From sequence record PZ445436.1: a DNA stretch of 64,000 nucleotides. The stretch is one strand, 5' to 3'. This DNA comes from a phage. Below the pieces are notes generated by a model that was given only the letters and a program-made list of their open reading frames with translations, had not been told where the DNA came from and did not search any database. Below are positions 32,366 to 42,870 of the stretch, one piece after another. How positions within the stretch are numbered: the first letter of the stretch is position 1; every line of letters starts with the position of its first letter. Both the position numbers and the translations under genes were made by a program.

Positions 32366-32826
32366 AGAGAGTCTCTTAATAGGTTTAACACATCAATAAA
32401 TTCAGCTTCGGTTAGTATTGTATCATCTTTTGTTAGACCACTAGCCATGCTGTGCTTCAAAACTTTTCCTTTCGAGGCTTGTAATGCATCACGAAAGCCC
32501 TTGTTTTGGATCGCTGCTTCAAAATATGCATTTGTGTATAATTCTTTCCACGCCGGGGAGTATCTTGAAAACGGAACTCCAATCCAGAAGAGGGTCCCAC
32601 GGTCCTGAGCTCTGGCATAAGACCTTCCAGCTTGTTGGGCGGCAAGCCCGGATAACCCAAATATACGACGTTGTTGTTCAACATTTTTCACCTTACACCC
32701 TTGGAGGAATCCTTCAAGACCTCCAAATTGAATACCATCCATAACGAAAGGCCATTGGGCGAAATTACTTAATGCACATGATGGCCACCTAAAATTGCTT
32801 CTAATCTCTAACTCAGACATTTTCAA
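32362..32826 (-). CDS. NADAR (YbiA/DUF1768-like) domain protein (30.3-like position)
   Basis: 154-aa ORF; LSNFAQWP...DG...EGFLQ matches the YbiA pattern FSNFAAWP...DGKTWPTSEHYFQ. Confidence 0.65.
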   Translation of the reverse strand: MKMSELEIRSNFRWPSCALSNFAQWPFVMDGIQFGGLEGFLQGCKVKNVEQQRRIFGLSGLAAQQAGRSYARAQDRGTLFWIGVPFSRYSPAWKELYTNAYFEAAIQNKGFRDALQASKGKVLKHSMASGLTKDDTILTEAEFIDVLNLLRDSL

Positions 32827-33019
32827 TGCTTATAATTTCAACATCAGCCCAATGACCATAGCAAGGAAGACGAAATTCAACTGGCCAGTTAGGGTCCTTT
32901 TCTAATATAATAGACTCAACTCGTGGTTCTTCATGTTCATCAGTATATGGATTTTTATCTGTTACTTTATATGTGACCTTAATGTACTGAATTCCAAAAA
33001 TCTTATTAATTATATTCAT
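32813..33019 (-). CDS. Hypothetical small protein
   Basis: 68-aa ORF in tightly packed 30.x-like cluster. Confidence 0.5.
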   Translation of the reverse strand: MNIINKIFGIQYIKVTYKVTDKNPYTDEHEEPRVESIILEKDPNWPVEFRLPCYGHWADVEIISIENV

Positions 33020-33213
33020 ACTAATTCCTTTAATCCGTAGATAGGAGATAATTCATCACCCATACGAAGGTCTTCATTTCCATCCACCCAGGAAACAATA
33101 TAAGCCTCTTTTATTTGAACACCACTCCATTTAAATGGAGGTAGAACCTTAGAAATTAATCCAGGTATACCAATTCCCTTTAATTCAACAGTTTGACCTA
33201 AAAAGAATTTCAT
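33016..33213 (-). CDS. Hypothetical small protein
   Basis: 65-aa ORF with ATGA overlap to neighbour. Confidence 0.5.
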   Translation of the reverse strand: MKFFLGQTVELKGIGIPGLISKVLPPFKWSGVQIKEAYIVSWVDGNEDLRMGDELSPIYGLKELV

Positions 33214-33500
33214 TAGAACCTCATCTGAAAACCGTGCGATTTAACATTACCGCCGCCAATATCAGAAATATTAATTTCACGCGCAATTGAAGGGTCAATG
33301 TCAATTTCACGATTGAGTTTAGTGATAGCTAAAGTATCGCGCCCATTTACAGTACGGAACTCTAAAGGACAAACCACATCAACGTAGTTTTTAATCGATT
33401 CACTAGTAGGCTGCAAATGAGCAGGAAGGTCTTTGGGCGCCTTTGAGAAAACCACTTCACAGAAATTTTTACGGGTATCAAAATAAGTAGTCATAAACAT
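33213..33500 (-). CDS. Hypothetical protein
   Basis: 95-aa ORF with GAGGAAAAT SD. Confidence 0.55.
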   Translation of the reverse strand: MFMTTYFDTRKNFCEVVFSKAPKDLPAHLQPTSESIKNYVDVVCPLEFRTVNGRDTLAITKLNREIDIDPSIAREINISDIGGGNVKSHGFQMRF

Positions 33501-33516
33501 GGTATTTTCCTCAGTA

Positions 33517-33532
33517 AGGGGCCGAAGCCCCT
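33517..33532 (-). other. Intercistronic tetraloop hairpin between two 30.x ORFs
   Basis: GGGGC-CGAA-GCCCC just upstream of the next SD; no U-tract on the coding strand. Confidence 0.45.
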
Positions 33533-33541
33533 CATTTTATT

Positions 33542-33907
33542 TTAAATATCAAATTCATTAAGAACTACATCAAAGATTGCTTCGAGATGTTCAGGTTTAG
33601 CTCTGTTACTCAGAATATGACGAATCCAAGTTTTAACCAAAAGCTTGCGATTAGCACCATTCCAGCAAGGATGAGTCCCTAAATCGCGTTGACGAAAATC
33701 ATCATCCAGAGCGATTTTAAAGTTGGAACCTTCCATTGTGATTGAAACCGTGATGCCATTTTCAAATCGCATATAAACGTAATTAGGAGTCATATACTGT
33801 TCAATTTCGCATACTGATCCATTTTGATGTTTCCAAAGGCAAATAGTATCAATAGAACCTGCAATACCATTAGAAACATATTTACGTTCAAAGTTGATGT
33901 AGTTCAT
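33542..33907 (-). CDS. Hypothetical protein
   Basis: 121-aa ORF preceded by a T4-type early promoter. Confidence 0.6.
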   Translation of the reverse strand: MNYINFERKYVSNGIAGSIDTICLWKHQNGSVCEIEQYMTPNYVYMRFENGITVSITMEGSNFKIALDDDFRQRDLGTHPCWNGANRKLLVKTWIRHILSNRAKPEHLEAIFDVVLNEFDI

Positions 33908-33944
33908 TTTTGTTCTCCGAGATGTTTAATTGCGGTACAGGTAT

Positions 33945-33973
33945 ATAATATCATATCCTGTACCAAAGTAAAC
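33945..33973 (-). promoter_or_regulatory. T4-type early promoter upstream of the 121-aa ORF
   Basis: Minus strand GTTTAC-N17-TATTAT with TGA before -10; flanked by 8-bp inverted repeat GGTACAGG/CCTGTACC. Confidence 0.55.
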
Positions 33974-33975
33974 AA

Positions 33976-34308
33976 TTATTTTACTACTTTCCAATGCTGC
34001 ATGTCAAGTTTACCAACTTTTTTCATCTTCTCAATTAAGCGTTCGGCACGTTGGCGAGCTGTAACATAATGCCATTCGCCTAATTCATTTTGTTCAATTT
34101 TTCCAACGATTACTGTATTCAATTCATAAATCCAACCAGTAAAGAAATTATGAACTTGAATTGTAAAGGTGAAATCTGTTCCCATACCTTCTGTTGTTTC
34201 TACTTCAATAATATCACCTTCAACTGCCATTAAGAACCACATAGTTTCATCATATTTACCATTGAAGCATTTAGTTTTAACTGCAGCGTTCAGATTAATC
34301 GTTTTCAT
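33976..34308 (-). CDS. Hypothetical protein
   Basis: 110-aa ORF preceded by a T4-type early promoter. Confidence 0.6.
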   Translation of the reverse strand: MKTINLNAAVKTKCFNGKYDETMWFLMAVEGDIIEVETTEGMGTDFTFTIQVHNFFTGWIYELNTVIVGKIEQNELGEWHYVTARQRAERLIEKMKKVGKLDMQHWKVVK

Positions 34309-34335
34309 TTTATTCTCCTTTGTTTGTGTAAGATA

Positions 34336-34365
34336 ATACTATCACAAAGGAACCATACTGTAAAC
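34336..34365 (-). promoter_or_regulatory. T4-type early promoter upstream of the 110-aa ORF
   Basis: Minus strand GTTTAC-N18-TAGTAT with TGA before -10; lies just after a terminator. Confidence 0.5.
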
Positions 34366-34394
34366 AACTTTGTGCAATCTTTGGAAAATAAAAA

Positions 34395-34414
34395 AGGACT
34401 CCCGAAGGAGTCCT
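34395..34414 (-). terminator. Intrinsic terminator after the 30.9-like ORF
   Basis: AGGACUCC-UUCG-GGAGUCCU hairpin followed on minus strand by UUUUUUAUUUU. Confidence 0.7.
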
Positions 34415-34418
34415 CAAC

Positions 34419-34595
34419 TTATGCTTTCTGCTTACCAAAACGAGAAGCATCATCTCGAAGAACCGCACGTGCTCGGCGCATGATCTTCTCAACAGTTTGA
34501 TTGATACGAGAGTTCGACCCACGCTTGTAGCCAGCGCGTTTAGAATCACCAACTTTCTTTTCAACTGCTTTCTTTGCTTTAACTTGTTTTGCCAT
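34419..34595 (-). CDS. Small highly basic protein (30.9-like position)
   Basis: MAKQVKAKKAVEKK..., 58 aa from the internal ATG of the 72-aa ORF-track entry; followed by terminator hairpin. Confidence 0.5.
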   Translation of the reverse strand: MAKQVKAKKAVEKKVGDSKRAGYKRGSNSRINQTVEKIMRRARAVLRDDASRFGKQKA

Positions 34596-34882
34596 TATAA
34601 ATTCTCTTTTAAATGAAAATGCAGGACTTATTGGCATTGCCTGCGCAAGCCCTCAAGGGGAACATAGGTTTTGAATATTTACCGACAGGATAACCATAAA
34701 CCCGTCATCATACCACCAAGACTTACACAGATAACACTTTTCTGACGCATGATAGTAACATTCAAGAGGTACACCATAAAACTGCCGGGGTCTTAAAACT
34801 ATAATGATTCGCAAATCATTAATCAGACAGTTCGATGGCTCCTCGTTTTAACTTCACACTAAGGCAGTGAATCTCCAATAAA

Positions 34883-35131
34883 TTACTTCAATGTTACCAC
34901 AAAGTGACGAACTGCTTTTCGTGCAGCAGAAGCCAAAGGCTTAGCATATTTAAGTTCATCTTTTTCCTGAAGCTCAGCAGCTAATGCAGTTTGAGCAGGA
35001 TTCAGATGTTTGAAATAACGCAGGATTTCAAGAGCTTCGGCTTCAACATCAATAGATGCGCCATAGTTTTCGTGACCATTATTCCATGCGTTTCGTTGCA
35101 GTTCAAGAGCGTGTTGTAATTGTTTAATCAT
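34883..35131 (-). CDS. rIII: Lysis inhibition accessory protein RIII
   Basis: 82-aa ORF, length and sequence as T4 rIII. Confidence 0.85.
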   Translation of the reverse strand: MIKQLQHALELQRNAWNNGHENYGASIDVEAEALEILRYFKHLNPAQTALAAELQEKDELKYAKPLASAARKAVRHFVVTLK

Positions 35132-35270
35132 TTAAAAATTCTCGTTAGAGATTAAAACTCGGTAGTCACGTTCTTCTGAATTTCATCTTCTTTCGACAGA
35201 TCTCTCAGTTGTAGACTACCACATAGAATTGTTCGGTTAACTTATTATTCCGACACCCAATTCATATTAT

Positions 35271-35278
35271 TATTTATA
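35271..35278 (-). promoter_or_regulatory. Possible late promoter between gene 31 and rIII
   Basis: Plus TATTTATA directly after the gene 31 stop, about 140 nt upstream of rIII. Confidence 0.3.
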
Positions 35279-35614
35279 TCACTTATAAAGACACGGAATA
35301 GCTTTATAGTGACAAGTAACGAATTTTTGTTTAATTTCTTTTGGCTGCTTAAGACCCAGAGCTACAAAAGGATGCGGAACATTTCGAATTTGACCAACTG
35401 GAAGAGAAGTCAAATCACCAACTTCGCAGAAACCTTCAGGAACATCAGGACCGACAGAGTGAACTACACACAGTTCAGGAACTTCACCTTGAACACGTTT
35501 ACCAATAATAAGTCCTGATTCTGTAACTTCTTCATCACCGGCTTGTGCAGGTTCAGAAACTAAAATAACATATTCACCGACAGCACGAATTGGTAGCTGT
35601 TGTACTTCAGACAT
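35279..35614 (-). CDS. 31: Co-chaperonin for GroEL, T4 gp31
   Basis: 111-aa ORF; MotA-box middle promoter upstream. Confidence 0.9.
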
Positions 35615-35644
35615 CGTTTTTCCTTTTTGTTAACAGATGAATTA

Positions 35645-35669
35645 ATAATAACAAATAATTCTTAAAGCA
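35645..35669 (-). promoter_or_regulatory. MotA-dependent middle promoter of gene 31
   Basis: Minus strand AAATGCTTTA, 12-nt spacer, TATTAT, about 30 nt upstream of the gene 31 ATG. Confidence 0.5.
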
Positions 35670-35670
35670 T

Positions 35671-35979
35671 TTATTTACCAATAAATTGAAGCAAATGCTC
35701 AACTTTCATACCATTAACGGAAATCAATTTGTCAATAGAAAAACCTCGCCACGCACCAAGCTCAACATCAAATACTGGAATCATATCAGTAGATTCTTTC
35801 CGGGTAGATTCAGTCAATTTACCAGTTTGCATGGTTGGCATAAAGTCTGCGTCGCGAGTACCTTTCATAGTACGAATAGTACCATCAGACTTTTCAAAAA
35901 CTACGTTTGAAACACCCATGGACAGTTTAGTTTTCAAAATTTCACGAATTGCTACTTTCTGCTCAGTTGTCAGTTTCAT
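35671..35979 (-). CDS. Hypothetical protein (31.1-like position)
   Basis: 102-aa ORF. Confidence 0.6.
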   Translation of the reverse strand: MKLTTEQKVAIREILKTKLSMGVSNVVFEKSDGTIRTMKGTRDADFMPTMQTGKLTESTRKESTDMIPVFDVELGAWRGFSIDKLISVNGMKVEHLLQFIGK

Positions 35980-36216
35980 TTATTTACCTATTACAGTTTT
36001 AATATGAGTTGTTCCACGTTCTTTAAGGGTGGAAAGTAATTTTTGGCATTTTTCTAAATCAGATTTCCAACTATATGGTTTATCAATACAAACCCAATTT
36101 GTCTTATAATACTGTTTCCATTTAGAGAAAAAATATTTCTTATACTCTACAGCAAACGAGATGTTCTCATTAGAATAAGAACTAATTGCTGTAAGCTTTA
36201 CCAAACGAAATTTCAT
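35980..36216 (-). CDS. Hypothetical protein (31.2-like position)
   Basis: 78-aa ORF. Confidence 0.55.
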   Translation of the reverse strand: MKFRLVKLTAISSYSNENISFAVEYKKYFFSKWKQYYKTNWVCIDKPYSWKSDLEKCQKLLSTLKERGTTHIKTVIGK

Positions 36217-36797
36217 TATTCACCACAGAATTCGTTGATATTTTCCCAGTTTAACTTATTCAAGTTTTTCTTAGGAACATTAAACACTTCAATACCCGCA
36301 TTTCGCAGAATATCATCCCAGCCAGGTTTATTTTTATCGTATGTTTCGCAATAAACCAGCTTTTTAATGCCAGATTGAGCTATCGCTTTTGCACAATCTG
36401 GGCAAGGAGAAAGTGTTACATACATAGTAGCACCTTCAATAGAAGAACCATTTCGTGCAGCAAACAAAATTGCATTTAGTTCAGCATGAATTTCATTTTT
36501 AGACGACCATTCAGAGTGAGCGCTACGGTGTTCTTTCGCCAAAACAAAACGATCAGTTGAACCAAATGATACGCATTCAGACTTATGGCCTTGAATGATA
36601 GTGTGTTTAGGCTTATTCAGCAACCAACCTTGCTCAGCAGCATAATCACAACAGTTCACACCCCCTGCGGGTGAACCATTATACCCAGTAGAAATAATAC
36701 GTCCATTCTTTTCAATTACTGCTCCTACCTTCCAAGAGCAACATTTTGATTCCTGCGATACTAAATATGCAATTTGAAGTACTGTACTCGCTTTCAT
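36216..36797 (-). CDS. cd: dCMP deaminase
   Basis: 193-aa ORF with cytidine/dCMP deaminase zinc motif HAELNA ... PCPDC. Confidence 0.9.
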   Translation of the reverse strand: MKASTVLQIAYLVSQESKCCSWKVGAVIEKNGRIISTGYNGSPAGGVNCCDYAAEQGWLLNKPKHTIIQGHKSECVSFGSTDRFVLAKEHRSAHSEWSSKNEIHAELNAILFAARNGSSIEGATMYVTLSPCPDCAKAIAQSGIKKLVYCETYDKNKPGWDDILRNAGIEVFNVPKKNLNKLNWENINEFCGE

Positions 36798-37132
36798 TTC
36801 ATAATCACCAGATAAGCAGATTTAGCAGTTTCAACACGATAAATTTCGTGACGAAGTTTAGTTATACTTTTAATAACAGAACTAATTATATTCTGCCCAT
36901 CTTTAAAGCGGTTTTTCTTATCAATAAAAATTGCGCCAACCATCTTTTTGTGAAGCTCAACTGGATACTTCGTCACAATAATAGCATCATATACAGAAGG
37001 ATGAATACTATTCACCAGAGTGTCATTCATTAAAGTTATTCTAATGAACTGTGCTGTTTCAGAATCAAGCGCTCTATGATCGCCAGTATCATTTTCAAGA
37101 CAATTATCAATTATATCAGTTAAATTCATCAT
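36794..37132 (-). CDS. Hypothetical protein (cd.x cluster)
   Basis: 112-aa ORF with ATGA coupling to cd. Confidence 0.55.
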   Translation of the reverse strand: MMNLTDIIDNCLENDTGDHRALDSETAQFIRITLMNDTLVNSIHPSVYDAIIVTKYPVELHKKMVGAIFIDKKNRFKDGQNIISSVIKSITKLRHEIYRVETAKSAYLVIMK

Positions 37133-37365
37133 AGTACGCCATACACCCTTTGTGCTTCAACTAATCCATCAAAATCCAATTTAAGATGCGATATTTGATC
37201 GCCATCGCCTGGATTCACAATTACTAATACTGAACGAGGAGTTTCGGTAATAACACGAACCGATGTTTCAGGAAATCGTTCAGAAACCTTATTTACTAAT
37301 TCCTGCGCAAATAGTTTAACTTTTTCTTGGAATTCTTTAACAGTAATTGGTTTTTCACTTAGCAT
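37129..37365 (-). CDS. Hypothetical protein (cd.x cluster)
   Basis: 78-aa ORF. Confidence 0.55.
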   Translation of the reverse strand: MLSEKPITVKEFQEKVKLFAQELVNKVSERFPETSVRVITETPRSVLVIVNPGDGDQISHLKLDFDGLVEAQRVYGVL

Positions 37366-37886
37366 GTTGATCCCAGCTCCTTACTTTCAACATTTTTAAC
37401 TAATTTGACAGAAACTAATTCAGCATCTTGAGTAATCATTACCGGACCTTCTTCATACTCTTCAAGATATTCTAGAGCTTTCTTTTTAGCTTCTTCCTTC
37501 GTATCAGTTTGAGCATAGATATAAAACATACAACCAGTAATACCTACTACTTTCCACTTAATTTCTTTATCAGCTTTAATTTCAAATTTACTGACAGAAT
37601 CATCTTTTTGAACTTCTTCGAAAAAAGAATATTCTAACATATAAGCAATTGAAAATAACGGGCTATCTTTATAGGATTCGCCCATTACATCAATAGCTTT
37701 ATACCAACAGTCATCAATTTCGCGTTTAATGCTAATAACATTCTTTGCAGGGTCAATTTTTACTTTAAATAAATTTTCCCCAATAAACTGGGCAATTCGT
37801 TTATTAGCCCCGCAAGTTTCATTAAAAATATCTTTATACCCAGTTTTAAAGCGATAAACCTTATCTTCTTCAAACCATTCGCTCAT
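37359..37886 (-). CDS. Hypothetical protein (cd.x cluster)
   Basis: 175-aa ORF preceded by early promoter. Confidence 0.6.
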   Translation of the reverse strand: MSEWFEEDKVYRFKTGYKDIFNETCGANKRIAQFIGENLFKVKIDPAKNVISIKREIDDCWYKAIDVMGESYKDSPLFSIAYMLEYSFFEEVQKDDSVSKFEIKADKEIKWKVVGITGCMFYIYAQTDTKEEAKKKALEYLEEYEEGPVMITQDAELVSVKLVKNVESKELGSTC

Positions 37887-37916
37887 TTCAATTTCCTCAT
37901 TTGTTTTGGTAGAGCT

Positions 37917-37946
37917 ATAATATCACAACTCTACCGTAAAGTAAAC
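37917..37946 (-). promoter_or_regulatory. T4-type early promoter upstream of the 175-aa cd.x ORF
   Basis: Minus strand GTTTAC-N18-TATTAT with TGA before -10; 7-bp inverted repeat GGTAGAG/CTCTACC around -10. Confidence 0.55.
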
Positions 37947-37948
37947 CA

Positions 37949-38224
37949 TTAAATCGCTTTGAATTCCGCAGTTTGAGATTCAAAGCGAATGTCGCCTTTG
38001 ATAACTAGCTCAGCATCAAGACCGAATACGACAATGATATGTGCTGAACCTGGATACAACGTAATTGCAATAGAATCCACCTGGCCTGGAAGCAAAGTAT
38101 TCAATACATGAGTCACTTGAGCATGAATTCGAAGCTCAGCTGCGTTATCAAGCTTTTCAAACATATTATTAGCAATAATTTGACTAAACACTACTTCTAC
38201 GATTTTAGAATAAGTCGGAAACAT
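37949..38224 (-). CDS. Hypothetical protein (cd.x cluster)
   Basis: 91-aa ORF. Confidence 0.55.
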   Translation of the reverse strand: MFPTYSKIVEVVFSQIIANNMFEKLDNAAELRIHAQVTHVLNTLLPGQVDSIAITLYPGSAHIIVVFGLDAELVIKGDIRFESQTAEFKAI

Positions 38225-38226
38225 AT

Positions 38227-38419
38227 TTACCTCACATAATTTTCTTCAAGCCAATCAATAACATCCAACGCATTATCAAAAGTTGAACCATCTACTTTGT
38301 CTTCTGTTTCATAATCAAGAACATCTAAGCCTAATCTTCCGTTAACAATAGGCCATAGACAAAATAGATATTTCTTTTCTTTTTCAATTTTATCACAAAG
38401 ACGATAAATCTTTTCTAGG

Positions 38420-38427
<8 letters not shown>
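38227..38427 (-). CDS. Hypothetical protein (cd.x cluster)
   Basis: 66-aa ORF. Confidence 0.5.
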
Positions 38428-39820
<1,393 letters not shown>

Positions 39821-39824
<4 letters not shown>

Positions 39825-40051
39825 TTATTTTTCTCAACCAATGATTGAATATAATCGTGTAGGTCTTTAGATGCTTTGCCCCACTTATTTTGATATTCAT
39901 TTTTAAGATTAGCACGTGATTGAGCTAATAAAACATCATTAGTTGGAGGTAAAGATTCCAACCGCTGAATCTGGCGTCCATAAATCATTGCAGCCATCTC
40001 GGATTCATAAATCAATCCTTTGAGATGTTCAAATTGATGCCATGAAATCAT
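39821..40051 (-). CDS. Hypothetical protein (pseT.x cluster)
   Basis: 76-aa ORF with ATGA coupling. Confidence 0.5.
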
Positions 40052-40347
40052 TTACATTTATCCTCTTTTAACTCTTGACGATAATAACATATCATAGTTT
40101 TCTGGTCATGTACATATCGTTTTACATCATTAAGCCAAATACGAAATTCCTGGGAATCTTCAAATGGCATACCGACCCAAGCTTTACCATCAATAACTTT
40201 AACTTGCCAAGATAGTTTAGCTTCATCATATGACTTTATTTGTACAGGCCAATTAGGATGAACTGTTTCTTTCTTTACTTCTAGAGGCTTTGTCGAACAA
40301 CCAACTAGAAGACCAATAGATAATATTACTGCTGATAGTTTAATCAT
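40048..40347 (-). CDS. Outer-membrane spanin (o-spanin) lipoprotein
   Basis: 99-aa ORF with signal peptide and lipobox LLVGC. Confidence 0.7.
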   Translation of the reverse strand: MIKLSAVILSIGLLVGCSTKPLEVKKETVHPNWPVQIKSYDEAKLSWQVKVIDGKAWVGMPFEDSQEFRIWLNDVKRYVHDQKTMICYYRQELKEDKCK

Positions 40348-40697
40348 TTAGAAAGGTCCTGGATGTCTTCTGCGAACTTGTTGAAGGAGTTGTTGATTTG
40401 TTTTTCAACCAATCCTGGCTTATGAGCCACCACATCCGCCTTCTTTGCGTCTTTGCGCAGTTTTTCATTTTCACGCTCAATAGCAGCAATTGCCTCACGA
40501 TTTTTATTATTCATCGCATCAATATAATTATACTGAATTCGCAAATTATTTAATGCTAAGGCGTTTTCATTGGCTGTTTTTGTAATTTCAGTAACTGATG
40601 TTTCTAATCTTTCTACCTTATTTTTTAAAATAATAGATGTTCCGCCAAATGCTATTACAAGTAATAGCAATCCAGCTGTAAAATTACTTACATGCAT
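40344..40697 (-). CDS. Inner-membrane spanin (i-spanin)
   Basis: 117-aa ORF with N-terminal transmembrane helix then charged coiled-coil; directly upstream of o-spanin. Confidence 0.65.
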   Translation of the reverse strand: MHVSNFTAGLLLLVIAFGGTSIILKNKVERLETSVTEITKTANENALALNNLRIQYNYIDAMNNKNREAIAAIERENEKLRKDAKKADVVAHKPGLVEKQINNSFNKFAEDIQDLSK

Positions 40698-41194
40698 AAA
40701 GTTTTAATAACCTCTATAATATCGTCTTGAGAAAGACCGTTAATTAAAATATGATGTTCAGCTGGAGATTTAGAAATTTTAAAGCATGCCTCAACATCTT
40801 CTGCCATATCCGATGCACTACGATTTGGATTACTAATACCAAGGCGGTGTTTTCCCGTCAAAGGATTAACGATGATATAGCATTTGCAGCTATTGATATG
40901 AACATTTGGTTGAGTCTGATTAATGAACACTTCACAATCATACTTAGCGAGTTGATTTTCTAAAAAGACTTTCATCTCTTCAACCGCATCAGGAAGCATA
41001 TCACGGGCTTGCTCAAGACGACGATTTCGATATTCTTTAATGGTCGTTTTCCGCTTGACTTGCTTAGCTAAATCTTTCTTAAGATCAGTGATATATCCAA
41101 CTCGACGATTTCCTTTGAATACAGAAATCCCATCTGTAGTATCACCGTATGCTTCAACGACCATTTCAGTAGTAATAAGCTGCAAATCCATCAT
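40688..41194 (-). CDS. alc: Alc, inhibitor of host transcription
   Basis: 168-aa ORF, length and position as T4 alc; early promoter upstream. Confidence 0.8.
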   Translation of the reverse strand: MMDLQLITTEMVVEAYGDTTDGISVFKGNRRVGYITDLKKDLAKQVKRKTTIKEYRNRRLEQARDMLPDAVEEMKVFLENQLAKYDCEVFINQTQPNVHINSCKCYIIVNPLTGKHRLGISNPNRSASDMAEDVEACFKISKSPAEHHILINGLSQDDIIEVIKTLCM

Positions 41195-41197
41195 AAA

Positions 41198-41252
41198 GTC
41201 CTCATGTTATGTCAGTAAGACTACTATAACACAACACGAGGGACTTGTAAAC
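41198..41252 (-). repeat. 55-bp promoter cassette, copy 2
   Basis: tcctcatgttatgTcagtaagactactataacacaacacgagggacttgtaaac. Confidence 0.9.
41223..41252 (-). promoter_or_regulatory. T4-type early promoter upstream of alc
   Basis: Identical core to the 25373-25402 promoter. Confidence 0.6.
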
Positions 41253-41255
41253 AGC

Positions 41256-42843
<1,588 letters not shown>

Positions 42844-42870
42844 AATAAAATGGGCCTTGCGGCCCACTCC
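42844..42870 (-). promoter_or_regulatory. denA translation initiation region with hairpin between SD and ATG
   Basis: Minus strand: nrdB stop, GGAG, hairpin TGGGCC-GCAA-GGCCCA, UUUUAUU, ATG. Confidence 0.5.

Noticed and set aside
34310-34564. 84-aa minus-strand ORF overlapping the 30.9-like gene and the terminator hairpin
   Set aside because: Out of frame with the better-supported basic 58-aa ORF, spans a terminator and promoter, and has no SD.
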